Shown one piece after another: positions 26,890-40,300 of a stretch of DNA of 47,975 nt; the stretch's first letter is position 1, and every line of letters begins with the position of its first letter. The notes under the pieces were generated by a model, which was not told where the DNA came from, did not search any database, and was given only the letters and a program-made list of their open reading frames with translations. Origin of the DNA: Lenisia limosa (Eukaryota; Protista; Breviatea). Both the position numbers and the translations under genes were made by a program. The stretch is from assembly GCA_001655205.1 (NCBI GenBank), contig LPNZ01007145.1, positions 1-47,975 on the forward strand. The letters are read 5' to 3'.

Positions 26890-29800
26890 ATGGGCGTCTC
26901 TATCAATAGTGATAACACCATTCGATTAAGCAATCTTGATCACAAGCCGCAAATCAGTTAAAAACTCCTGTGGCGGTATCGAACAGAATCAAAAACCTTC
27001 AAAAATGAAGACATTATTCTGAGATTGCTTATTTATTCCACCCTAAATTAACTCACGTTTGTCAAGAGCTGCAATGATAGCTTGCACAACGTAAAATGAT
27101 GAAACGTAAAAACTCCAAAACGAAAGGGAGTTATGTAAAAGGGCAACTCTGCATTCACGCCTGGTCTGGGCCTCTCTTGGTAAATTGAGGACTATTTCAG
27201 AAGCTGATTTGAGTAAACAGCTTTCTGGTTGAACGCTGGATAGGTAAGCAAACGCACCAATTCCTTCCACATTACATCGTCCCATTCCTTCCACATGACA
27301 TGGTCCCAAAACACTTGCAAAAGAGTAAATCACAATAATTGAAAAAAGGTAAAGAAAATGTTACTGCAAGCCTCAAGGTAGCTCTTCTTCTGAGCTCTCT
27401 TCTGACTGAGGCACTAAAAGGTGATTGTACCTTTGTGGACTCTGTTCATAACAGTCAAGCGGAAGGGATCTTGACTCTGTTCATTATAGGAGGAAAAGAC
27501 CACACCTGGTAAACGAGGGACTTTCCGTGCCCAGTTGGAATGTTCAAGCAAACCGATTCCCTTCGGTTGACATGGTGCGCTGCCCTCTTTTGCTGATGGG
27601 CCAGCATTGAATGACTCAAACGTGGCATGAGCTTTGGATACTTCCACTAAGAGGGTGGAGTGCCTATCCTTTTCTAAAAAAAATTATAAGGGATGGTCCC
27701 TCTGGCTTCCATATTCTTTGACGAGTATCGGTTGTCCAAAGCCGTGATTACAGCAGCCTCAGCCCTCTTCCAGTCACGTCACTAATAGCAACCGAAATAA
27801 CAGAACAACTAGCTGCCCAGTCAAAGAAAAACATTCCCCGCACCGTGTGTTCCCAAGTAGGGTCTGGGAGTATTGGGTCCAAGTCTTTTGAGACGGAGGT
27901 AACGTATATTGGAGGAGGCAGATTGAATTTTTCGTGGAATTGCACAAACAACACCTTCGGATGAAAGAGATGTCACCTTCTTTTCCATCTTTGGTACTGA
28001 ATGGTAAGAAAAAAGCGCATTTCAGTTAAGAATTATCTTATTCCAACAAACATTTTGTATGTTACCATATGCCCAAGACCCTGATCCTTAAGATACTCCT
28101 CGAATTGGGCGTCTTTATTGCCCGCTTGTCTCAGAAATCTGAGGTGTAAATAAGATGAAAAGTCAAACGCCTTTTCGTCGCTTTGTCTTGCAGAAAAGAC
28201 CTGTCATTTATATTAGAAGATACCCAATATCATATCAGCTGTCGGTTACATAATAAATTAATATATACTGTATGCATTTGATAATCAAAAAAAAGCAATT
28301 CCCAAATACACCTCGTATCCCTTTCTTTATCAGTGTAATGAACAAGGGTGTGGAGGGGGTCATATGGGCAATAAATTGGTTTAAAACTTGTCGATTGGTC
28401 ATTGTTATGAATTTTTGAACTGATTCTTTTGTTATTCTCAGTTCTCCCTAGCAATGTGGAATTGCATTTTTCTTATTGTCTCACAGGTATCTGCTGACAA
28501 GCTCAGTAACACTGATATAACTTCCATCTACAGTATGGGGAGAGGCTTTTCTATCATTGGCGGTGGAAGCACATTGTGTGATCTTGTCCACAGGGCTTTA
28601 TTTCCCTTAATGTTCACCTGGTTTCACTCTTGCGCGCGTTTACGTTGATGTAGCGGATAAGGCGGTGTACGTTGTCGGCGTCATGGAGCTTCAGGTGTTC
28701 CTCAAAGCCAGTTTAGTGAGCAGGGGGGGGGGATACTTGACCTTAATGAAACCAGGGAGTGTGTCATTGGAATTTGTATACGCCAGGTACAAATGCAATC
28801 ACTAAGTGTTAGTCATGACCAATTTTCTGAAGGGAAATATGAAGTCAAGAGAGTATATTGTATCATATACTATCATATGAGATAAAGGTATTATTCAAAG
28901 AAACGCGCTGCGGATTCCCTGTCTAACGATATAGGAAAACGGTCTCATGGCTGCGCCAGAGAAAGTGATACTGTCTGTCCTTCCTGCAACTGAGAAAACT
29001 GAGGTTAGACTTAGATCTATACATACATACATATTTATTAACCAATTTTTTGAGAAATCCATGCTTGGGACCACTTGAGAAATCCATGCTTCGTTGAGTT
29101 TTATCACAGCAGCTTGAGATTTTTACCACTTAGGAGTGTAAAGCGTGTTTGAATCAAAACTCAGTAGCTGATCGTTGGGGGGGGGGGGNNNNNNNNNNNN
29201 NNNNNNNNNNNNNNNNNNNNNNNNNNNNNNNNNNNNNNNNNNNNNNNNNNNNNNNNNNNNNNNNNNNNNNNNNNNNNTTTACATTGTAGCCAGCTTGGAC
29301 AGTGTAGGCGTTTGTACGCTGGCCTGCTCCAAAAATAAAAAATGTAAGAACGAGGCAGAAGGTGGTACGTACGTCCATATTCCGTTTGGTTTAATACTCT
29401 AGGTTTAATCTTTTACTCTTGTAATCCAATACCTCTTATAAGCGTGAATGTGTGGACATCTTCAGCCAGATACATCCTTATTTTGTATTTCTCATTGCTA
29501 TAATTATAGATGTATCATATGTACTTATAGAACATATCCACAAGTGCCTTGATTGTAATGACATCCAAGTGGGAACGTCTGCGTCTCTCATTTGGGAGTC
29601 CATATTGTCCATGTCCGTCACTGCTCTTGCCATAACAGGAGGAGAGGATGGTATGGGGGTCTCTTTACTTCGCGCAATTCAATTCCAATTGAATAATTCC
29701 AATTAACGGGGATAAGTAACGAAGATGTCATAAATGAAGGGCTGCTGAAACTAACAACCAAGGGTTCTACTATGTCAAATATCAAGCTCCCAACACTGAA

Positions 29801-32800
29801 GCCTTGTGGGGAGTGTGGCCATGTAGAAGAAGCGGGTTTCATTCAATGTAGCTCTGTGGCTTAAAAATGTCCCCAATATTGTATTGTGAATGTCTTCTTT
29901 TGTGGTCCTGACGCTGTAGCTCGAACGACTTTGAGATTATCAACCCGCTCGTCAACGTTACGATTATAACACAACCACAAGGAACTGCGGCCAAATCGAT
30001 CGGAAGTAACTCTGATGGCGTGGGGGGAGGGGTATCATGAGATGATATATATACTACATGTAAATATTGACATACTAATCAACTCTATCATAAACTATAT
30101 CATATGATAGAATATATACTATCTAGACATATCATAGGATATAGTATAATGCTAGACTAATACTAATGATATATTTTCTTTATAGCATCATTTCAATACC
30201 ACACCTTGTTTTTTTTTTTGTCCAAAAGAGATTCTGGCTTTTTCTTCTATAAACTGTCATTTTTACTCCGTATAGGACGGACTTGAAACTCACGTCCAAC
30301 TTGTGGCAGGGGAGAACGCCTATATGGTTCAGCCTGAAATACAGGTCTGCTGTGTATTGCCGATTCGTTGAGTAATCCTATGATCTGACGAATTAATCTA
30401 CAACCTCCCGAGATTGGATTACCTGAATTTACCGCATTATCCTCCAACTCTTGCAGGTGGTGTATGACTGGGACAAATTGGCCGCCAGGGGGAGGTCTGA
30501 TATTACACCCAACATGGTCAATCGTCAGCTTCCCGTCAGCATCGTCGTTTTGGAAATGGTATGACTACGGCTGGGTCTGTTTTGGAAATGGTGAGACTTC
30601 GGCCGGGTCTGTTTTGGAAGGCTCTGGGAATGCATGATTGTTTTGTGAATTTCCTGTTCACAATTTCAAAAGCAATTTGCTCTTTTATCTATTCATATCC
30701 CCCCTTCCATAGGAGAAAGGCAAGTGGGTGACCTCAAGCGCAACAGTAGAGTTCCAGGATGCGTACACAGACAAAAACGGCCATTTGCAATTCGCAGACT
30801 TCCGGTGTGCTGGTGATGGATGGTGATAGGAGATATTATGTACATTTGAGACGTAATAAGAAACCTATCCACATCAGGTGCCTCGAGAGAATCATTGATA
30901 CTAAAGGGTCTCCATGTAATAATGGAGTTTTTTCTGGCCTCACCCCCCACAGATTCACAAGTGGAGTCACGGGTGATTACAAACTGAAGTATGATCGATA
31001 CCACAACTTGCCTTTATCACCTGCTTATCCCATAATAACACTTACACTTCATACTATTTTTATATCATATACGTGGAAAAGGAAATGAGCTTCAATTTCC
31101 TGTTTTCAGAAGAAATAACTATTAATACCATATACTATATGCATATATGTATATATATTTGCATCATATAATGGGTTTTGTGTGCTTTTAAGCATAAAAT
31201 GATAGTTTTCATTAGATGCGATTATGTGATTGTATTAGGTACTGTATTTATTTTATAATCATAGTAATAGTCTGACATAATACCAACCTCTCAGGTTTGT
31301 TGTTGCGGGAATTGAAAGTGCTGAAACCCCTGTCATTGAGCTCTACAACCCGAACATCCCAATCCCCGTCAACTTAGGTGTGATTTCGTTAATGTTTTAC
31401 TGATACACCAATAGTAATAAGCAATATATTATACATAGTAAATATGAACGGCAGTTTTCACAATTCACAGGTGACGTCACCAACGCTCTCATTCTAAAAA
31501 GCATCATAAGCTTTTCTATCTTTTTTTGTAACCGAGCATTCCCAAACTACCGCTACTTCTTTGGCCTTCCAGAAATATTGGTGGTTTTTGTCTACATCGT
31601 GCTCGTGTTATTCATGTAAGCTGTGTTTTGAGGACTATTAGTTCTAAATTCAGTATCAAAGGGCAGGAGGAAATTGCAAGTTTTTGAAACCGCAAATATA
31701 AGTCACCATTTCAGCAAAAGCTACAGTGATAAGTACATGTACTTCTTCATGCACTTCTTCCTGTGTATCTGCCTGTTGATACTGCCAAGTCTTGCCTTCT
31801 CACTCTCCAAGTGGATTTGGCTCATGAAAGTTGGCCCATTTATTTCTAACATTGCTCTCCATCTATATACATGTATATTACACTATTTTACATAACTAGA
31901 CGTATCCTATGATAGAGATTGATTTTCTTATGAGCTCACTTGATATGATATTTGATTTGATGCTCTCTAGGAATACTATTCTTGCTCTTTTCCTTAACCT
32001 TGCAGGAAAAGAAGTCCTACCGAGGCTGCCTGGTGCGTAGGGCTCACTTGGGTCAAGCGTAGCATACATAGATTTTTCATATGAAGCGGGTTTTTATTGT
32101 ATTAGTCATTAACCCTTTTAATCAGCCCTTCTGTTACCCCAATTAATATGTAACCCTCCACAGTTGCAGCACCCCCCGGTCTCCCAGTTCTTTGAAATCA
32201 ACGAAACAAACGACTATCGGGTGTGGATGGCTGAGGGCGATGGGTTGATGATGAGGTCGTTGCTACCACCACTCTGTTCCAATTTGTAGAAACATTCAGT
32301 TCTATTTTTGAACCATTCTGCCCACTCTGTATTTGATACTGTATTTGTTACATCTCACCCGCCTTGTGAATCATGATTACGAAATATACAATACCCCATG
32401 GTCTTCTCCTTTTCGACATCTTTCTACTTTTCACTTGGTAGAACAAAATGTTCCTCTACCGCGACCGAAGAACCCCGGTTCCCAAGGCTCCCATCAATAT
32501 CACTCGAATCCTGATATCCAAATTTGTAGCCCCCCCTCCCTCAGGGTTTAGGAAATTCAGAATGTAAGTTTGGCACATGGGTCAACACCTTTCAATGTTT
32601 ACCCCCGAAAACAACTCCTCACCCCCAGGAACCTCCTCAAGAAACTGGGTCTTGAGAAGACCACGAGGAGAGAGGACCAGAGAATCAAACAGAGGCGCCT
32701 TGCAAATGAAAATGTTTGGGGGGCGGTAATGTTTAGGGCGGTAATTGTACATAATTACCACTTAACACTTTTTCTGGCCAAACCATTGGGCAAAATTTCA

Positions 32801-35800
32801 ATAGTTTTGCAAGTAAAAGTGTTGAGGGTTTGTTTTTTTTTTCTTATATTGTTTGTTTACTTAGTGTTACGACGACTTCCTGTGGCACCAGTACGTCTTA
32901 ATTTCTTGATAACAACACCTCAATATTGATAAATTATGGTTCTAACCTTACTCAGGACCCCATGCACCAAATGTGTGTTCTGACCTTACTCAGGACCCCA
33001 TGCACCAAATATGTGTTCTGACCTTACTCAAGACCCCATGTACTAAATGTGTGTTCTGACCTTACTCAGGACCCCATGCACCAAATGTGTGTTCTGACCT
33101 CACTCAGGACCCCATACACCAAATGTGTGTTCTGACCTCACTCAGGACCCCATGCACCAAATGTGTGTTCTGACCTCACTCAGGACCCCATGCACCAAAT
33201 GAACGTGTTCGCCCGGTTGTGGCTGACCCTCAGATGGTCCGTTAAGGACAAGGTCAAGGCCATTCTATGTCCTGCGGAAGAGACCCCTCCGGTAGGGTGG
33301 GGGTAGTTTGACACACAGGTATATTTGTTTGATATTTCTATGCCCATACATCACACGTTCTAATTCCCCAGACATCACACGTAAGATATCGCTACCCTCA
33401 GAAGCTACTGGTCACAATGGCTATTTCACTCTTCGTAAGGGGGGTATGAAGGCATGAATGACTTCGGCTGATACTATAATCAATATCCCTTATAAAAGCG
33501 GTGGTTTGGAGGACTTCGGCCTGGTACTCTATTTCCATGTCACACTGTCCAAAACATTCCATATCGTTATATCACTTGTAAATGCGATGGCATGACATTC
33601 TCTCATTTGACATGTTGAAATATTCCTATCTGAGCTCCCAAATCTCTTCACGTTCGTAGTTAACGGTGGTGCTGGGGATGGTTGTCTTCTGCGGTCTGGA
33701 TTGGTTCTCAATCTCAATGGAAAAGTTGGTGGGGGTAACGGGTACCTGGTTGAAAAAAGTGATCGGATTGATGCTCGAGTTACATTGAACTGAGGGCTGA
33801 ATCGGGCTTCTTTTTCAGTCTTTATATGGAGTGCAAGAAATCATACTAAAATTGCTTTATTCTTTAGTGTTCAAAGACAGTTCCGAAACAACGTTATGCT
33901 TCTCACTGTTCTAGCGCTAAATACACGGCAGTCAACTCTGCAGTGCAAACAAAGGCCTACATTAATGATAATGAGAGGCTTATTGGTGGGCTGGGATTGG
34001 TGAGGTCTCTGATCTGATAGGTGTGGACGGCTTTGCTCATATGGCTTTTTTTTTTCTCTTTGTCATTTTTGGATTATAGTCTCTCACCGCCATCTCCAGA
34101 CAACACAATCACAGCAACAAACAGTACCAATGAGAAGACTGAGTCAGCATCGGGAGTTCCAACTGAGTCTTATGTACCGCTTATGGGACAGGTCGGGTGG
34201 TGGTGAGAGTGTGGTGGTGAGAGTCGGGTGGTGGTGAGAGTTGGGTGGTGGTGAGCTTTGAGTTCATTTCCTTGATAGATTTTTTATGAATTTATTTACA
34301 ATATCCACACTTAATATGAAAAACCATTAGTACAAATCAACGCTATATACTTTCTCATGACCGTTACAGACGGCGTCCTCTCTACCAAGCATTTTAGGGG
34401 GCAGACAGCTGAACTCCACCACTCTACTTGCCATTGCACATGCAACTCAGCATGATGTGAGCGGTTGGGATCATCAAACTTAGATATGTGTTGGATTAAT
34501 GAAGGATATCGCATGTTGGAGTAATGGTATCCAATGATACTGGCTGGTTTTGTATTTTTGTTTTTGAGATTTTTATCTTCTCACAACGTAGTCCTCAGAC
34601 TTCCTGGATATGATTGAGGACAAAGTCATAAGAGGCATCACGTACGCCTTCATTTTCACCTCTATGGTCACCTTAGTCATTTGGTGGTTGATTCTGCGCA
34701 ATGCAAAGAGAAAGGTCCGAATTGGGGCTATCTTATCTGATCAATTTATAATTCATGTAAGACATCAGTATTTTCTTAAAATGAATAAGATGATCAACAT
34801 TACTATAACCGTGATGCTATGAACGGGTTTGACCAGTACCCTGTATTATTACTCTAACCTATTATACGATGATTTTAACGCTGTTCAGTCTATGGACCTT
34901 CGTTTGAGGAAGAAATGGTACCAAGACAGGTTGGAGAGGGGGGGGGGGGNNNNNNNNNNNNNNNNNNNNNNNNNNNNNNNNNNNNNNNNNNNNNNNNNNN
35001 NNNNNNNNNNNNNNNNNNNNNNNNNNNNNNNNNNNNNNNNTTATCTATTGAGCCTTCTCAAATGTTTCATTGACCCTCCAGAGCGCTCTTTCCACCCCAT
35101 ATTGCCCTCAAATACACAGGGTATCAATGCGGCAACATTCTCGTGTTCCAGGTGGGGTCAAGTGTCCCTGTCTCGGGGTTAATTTTGATATTTAGCTCTA
35201 TTCCCTAGGGATTATTATCCAAATTCCAAAGGTTTCAAGGCAAAATAATCTCTGAGTCAAGTAGTGTTAATGAGACTGTAGTTTCTGCTGCTCTTCGTAT
35301 CCAGCACCGTGATTCTGGCCTACCTCTTCCTTCCCGATAAGTACATCCAGGATGCAGTTGACCGGGCTAAGGACCTCATATGGCTGCTTTGTGGGGGGGA
35401 TATGAGAGGGTAGATTAGTGTGTGAAAAATAAAGGGTGACTCTGTTGATGGGGTGAACGTCCAATTATGTTCAGGGATGAATTAAACAGATTAACTGCTA
35501 ACAACTCAGTATCGCTCACGCTGCTGTACCGAATTCTCCTGTTGATACTGGGCCGCTTCATTGCATGTGACGGCCATGAACGAATCCGAAGGTAAGTATT
35601 AGGAAAATAAACCACACTTTTTAATACTCTTGATGGAGTTTAGCATGACATAATGTTGGTTTTGGGATTCGGTACGTAATATTATATCTTTGAGCTATGT
35701 ACACATAATTAAGCATAAACCCTTTCGAAACAGCTGAAAAGCACATGGCCATTCTAGTGGCCTTACCCCTCCCCCCACAGGCCGCAGCTGTACGTTATTC

Positions 35801-37263
35801 TCGAGTACCTTGGAGTATTCTTCAACTTGGCGGGAGGAGTGATGAAGGCCATTGTGTCGTTCATTGTCAGTTTCCTTTTCGTTCGCTGGGTTTTGCCTCT
35901 GTTTTGTTGGTTGAAGATGAGACCCAATCAACCAAATAATGTTACTCTTAGCGTTGATTTGTTTTCACCCCTCCCCCTCCTTTTAACCTGGTAGTTCTTC
36001 CTGTCATTCCCTCGATTGGACCTGCCAAAAACAACCTTCCAAACGAATGATGGTGTCCCAAAGCTTGATATGGGCTTTAAAATATGTAAGAGGATAATTT
36101 GGTACTATATTCTTGAAGCCCCGCCAAAGATTCATTAAGCATAGCTGTATATGATTTAGTCTTGGGGTTGGGGTGGCAGTATTTTGATATTTATGGAGTA
36201 CATACATGTATTTGTCCTGAGAGGCTAAGGGAATTGGTATTACGCTTTTGAGCGTATAATGAGCACAAATGAAAACTCCATGTGTCCCCGTTTGGCCAAT
36301 TGCTGACAGCCTTAGTCATGGCGCTCGTGGCTGCCCACCATCGCTACACTCACCCCATTGTGGTGTCGATTGTACACATCCTTGCCAAAGGTTGGATATG
36401 CTACGATTTAGGCTTGGGTGTAAGAGAATTTTTGGGGCTTAAAATTTTTACAGATATTCTTTCGGCTTTCCTTTTCTCATTTATTCCCATTCAATATCAT
36501 TTCTTTGTAATAGGGCATTCACTTCGGTACGAAAAAGACGGGTAAAATATATACTGCTTACCTCACCAACGTCAGAAATGTACTACGCCCGTGACTCAGG
36601 GAATGAGATGAAAAGCCTAGATTGTGACGACTCGTTCCAAAGAGCAAGGAAAAGGTGACTTGGCATGGGGGCAATTCCCTTTTCGCAAAACCTTCAGTGA
36701 AATTTCCTAATTCCCGTTATGCCTTCTTCGTCACGCCTACATCATTCAATCCCCATCGCTCACTCCCTTCCCCTCTGTTCACCCTCCAGATGGCAGAAGC
36801 TGTACACAATGGTGAGGAACCCCTCAGTTGCTGAGGCCTCGAAAACCAACATTGGCTTCACGGAGTACTGGGCCAATCCAGAGGACACCTATGGTGAGGG
36901 GACATACCAACATTTTGCTATCTCAAACAGAGGATTTGAATGGAAAATGCAGGCAGAACTGAGCTCCTCTTAATGCTAAAGCAGTTCCGTTTTCTTTTCT
37001 TTTACCCCTCTAGCTGTTGAAGAAGAACTTGCACGCATTGGCAACCATCATCGAAGGTGTCATGATGAAACAGGTATACGTCTTTGCTATTGGAAGGCAA
37101 ACACTTTCTGTCATCATCAACTAATCATCCAGATCATGAATTCACCAGCGATTTTGTGGAGTTTGAAGATGATGATAATATTAAGGTGAGGCTGGTGTGA
37201 CTGATCTCTTGTCGTCCTGCACTTTACACACTGACCATTCTGTAGGGTAATTCCAGAGTTTAG
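26890..37263 (+). CDS. Ig-like repeat ectodomain fused to a STRA6-like (RBP_receptor-type) multi-pass membrane domain
   Basis: Ectodomain motifs VNVTIITQPQG (~29955), AYTDKNGHLQFADFR (~30760) and FTSGVTGDYKLK (~30955); TM exons from ~31450; STRA6-type motifs RYRYPQKLLVTMAISLF (~33385), RPQLYVILEYLGVFFNLAGG (~35780), FPRLD (~36010), HHRYTHPIVVSIVHIL (~36340), QRARKRWQKLYTMVRNPSV (36640-36650 joined to 36790-36830). Probable stop TAG at 37261-37263. The 5' start is tentative. Confidence 0.7.
30547..30620 (+). repeat. 32-bp x2.3 tandem repeat spanning a 5' splice site
   Basis: gttttggaaatggtatgactacggctgggtct / gttttggaaatggtgagacttcggccgggtct / gttttggaag. Confidence 0.85.
32940..33201 (+). 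repeat. 38-bp minisatellite, 7 copies, made of a branch point, 3' splice site and exon start
   Basis: Unit ttctgacctyactcaggaccccatgcaccaaatgtgtg starting at 32940, 32978, 33016, 33054, 33092, 33130 and 33168 (last copy truncated); no spacers. Confidence 0.95.
34192..34256 (+). repeat. ~17-bp x4 G-rich repeat starting at an intron donor
   Basis: gtcgggtggtggtgaga units begin immediately after exon end ...GGACAG. Confidence 0.8.
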
Positions 37264-37321
37264 TTTTCTGTATTTTTGAAAGTAGTATGTTGTATAGTGT
37301 ATCAATTAAATATAGACATGT

Positions 37322-40300
37322 TTACCCGAACAAAGAAAAGAAACAGTAAATAGTAACCATAAGAACAAGCCAGCTCCACGCGAGGCCTAGTTCATCTTGA
37401 TAGAGTGTTTGGAAGTGTCTGATTTGGTGCGGTTTGACGCGACGTCAGAAAGAGAAAATGCGCCTGGGTGGTAACAAATGGGCGGGAAGGCATATCGCAA
37501 TTTTTGTGATTACAAAATGAAACAATACACACGTAGAACATCTATTTTGGCACACTCTCCCACGTTTCCAGTCCTGTGGTATTGAAACTGGCTCCATATT
37601 ATCCGTGTGTCGCCCGAAGTTGCCGTAGTTCGACCTGGTGGGGTAAGTTTAAGTTTCAAGAGGGGAGTAAAACGAAGGAAGTTTCGATGAAGAATATTGG
37701 CGTAAAGGTGCTAATCACGAACTAATCACGAACCGAATAATCTGAAGCTCGAAACAAACAAAAAAACAATAACACGAGCAACCAACGCTAATTTCAAGAG
37801 GGGTGAAGTTCTGCAATAGAAAATACACGTGCCCCACCAATTGGTCCTAGACCGAGACGTTCCACTTGAATTAGCCCACCACGATGCACCGGTCGATGCG
37901 GCTACCAAGTCAAAGTGAAGGAAATAAAGGGGTACGTTGCTTGCCCCAACAAGACTCATATAAACCTACTCAAAACAACAAAACAGGTAAAATATGCTGG
38001 CCATGAGCAATTTAAGTCTCCCATCCAAATAGGGTCTACTATTTGCCCTGTCCCCATCAATAATCGCCCCACCAGGCGTTATGCCGAAGCGAGTCTTGGA
38101 AACGCCTTCCTCAAATAGGGGTATGAGGTCCACAAGGCCGTTGACGATGACCTCGGATGTCGCCGATTGTGAGGCAATTGTTTCCAAGTGGTTTCGGGCT
38201 GAAATGGTGAGCCCGTGCATTCACCAACAGGTTTGCTATGAGCACTGGGACAAAAGAATATGTCTTCACTATCATCTCACTAAACTTCCCCTCAAAATCG
38301 TTCACTTTTGAACAATTCGGATCTGCATGTCTTGCTCTCTTGCTCCATACCCCCATTCACCTTGAATATGCCTCAGGTCAGTGGCGTCCTTATCGAGGTC
38401 CTCCGCAAGGGCCAGTCGCATGAGCTGTCGGAGGGAGTGTATCGAGGGGTGGGCCCTTTGAGAAGTTAATTTGTGTGTTAACTGACGCTAAAAGAAGATA
38501 TTCTCTGTATTATCTCATATGATCCTGCTGGGTTGAATCCCTTTTTCATTGGTGCTGTATTGAGCTTCACTTCTTTTCGAAAAAGACCATAAAATATCGA
38601 TAGTTTTCGAGGATTTATCGAGAAATTCAGTCTATTTTCGAACCGAAGTGAAGCCCTACTGATGTAAAGGCATCGAAATGAATAGGACCCAGTCCGTGTT
38701 CACAAAGAGCACATTACCATACCAAACACTCGAATAGCCTGCTGTTCCCCTACCAAGCACTCGAATAGCCTGCTGTTTCGGTCCCATTGGGTTGCATCAT
38801 GGTTGTCGAGAGGGGAGTGGATATCTAAGATAATAAAAGGATAAAAGGATGATGGATGATAAAATAATATAATAGAATGTTAGAATGCTGCACTAGTAAC
38901 ACTAATGTTATGTTGATATCATGTGATATGTAGGACTCATTAATACATTGGGAGTTTATAATAAGTGGACCAATAGGAGTTCCCCTCAGCCCACAAAAGA
39001 CGTTCCAGTAGTGTTCATTAGGATGATAGGCAGTCCCGCGGCCAAGGCTTCAGCCGCTTCCGAAGGCCATCTAAACCCTGAGTTACGTTCAAGACTTGGC
39101 AAGATGAAGTAAAATATGATACTATGAACATTTCTGACACAATGTACATGTGTCTTTTTGACACACTGAGTATTTATGGGTTATATCGCCATCCCCATCC
39201 CTTTCCACATATTAACCCCAGAACAATCATCTCATCACAATATACCGGGGTTATCTTCGAACAACGCATATCACGATCAGCACAACATACCTCATTAAAA
39301 CCGAATGGAATGGAAATATAAAGAAACACAGAACAGCCAGTACACAGAGGCAAACAATAATAATCAATGAAGGGCATAAAGATGGTAACATTCCCGAACA
39401 TCCCAGCTCAACATACCCTGATCCGCGGTTCGGAGCAACAAAACTGTCGGCAGCGGCGTAGACCCTGCCAGGTGAGGAAAGAGAGGAAAAGAGAGGAAAA
39501 GAGAGGAAAAGAGAGGAAAAGAGAGGAAGAGAGGAAAAGAGAGGAAAAGAGAGGAAAAGTGTGAAAATGAGGAAATGTGAGGAATAAAGGGTGAAGGGCA
39601 ACTATTGGGGTGTGAGGACAAAATAATCTTCGGGGACGTACTAGAAACTAAAGGGAAGACTCCTTCAAAGTGGATGCTTACCTTGGAACGGAAGACCGGG
39701 GAAGAGTTGAGCTGATCAGGCGAATGGTGGGAACTGAGGACTGGGGAATATCTGCAATCGTCAAAGGCTCTCAGGTACCATAATGAAGGTCTTGATTGCA
39801 AACAAATCTTAAGACAAAACATCCACCCAAGCAATACCACATCCCCCTCTTACCATGCATTGAGATGATGGAGTTTAGCGTAGTGCCGTACTCCATTTCC
39901 TCCTCATCTGTCATTTCCGACCTGAAAGGAATTGTTAAAGAGGAATGATATTCATCCCTTCTTTTGATTAGCCACTCTTTCCCTCTGTCCCCCACAGCTT
40001 ATCCTGTTAGAGTTGATAGCTGCATAGCATTGACAAAAAGCAAGTTACTATATCCGGCTGAAACTATCAACATCATTAAACGTTATATATTGTGCTCAAT
40101 TCCATCTTTCTCGGAAGCGAAGCAATTGCCCCAATCCTTCAAACACTATCATGACCCCCCCCCCTCCAACATTATAACAAGCTCAGCGCTGTCATTGGAT
40201 GAAAATTCCTGTATAAAAGCCTCCAACAAAGCGTCAAAACCACTTGAGGATCCTGTGTGTTAGGCTGGGCATAGTGGAATAGTCTAAAGTTACTTCAACG

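Noticed and set aside
29050-29091. 17-bp direct repeat ttgagaaatccatgctt with 25-bp period
   Set aside because: Only two copies and no clear link to a splice site or element end.
32940-33201. 38-bp repeat array as a CRISPR array
   Set aside because: Units are head-to-tail with no unique spacers, no cas genes are present, and the context is a eukaryotic intron.
39251-39840. ORFs with FLSFPLFSSL or RKREEKRG repeats
   Set aside because: Translations of the intronic GAGAGGAAAA microsatellite.
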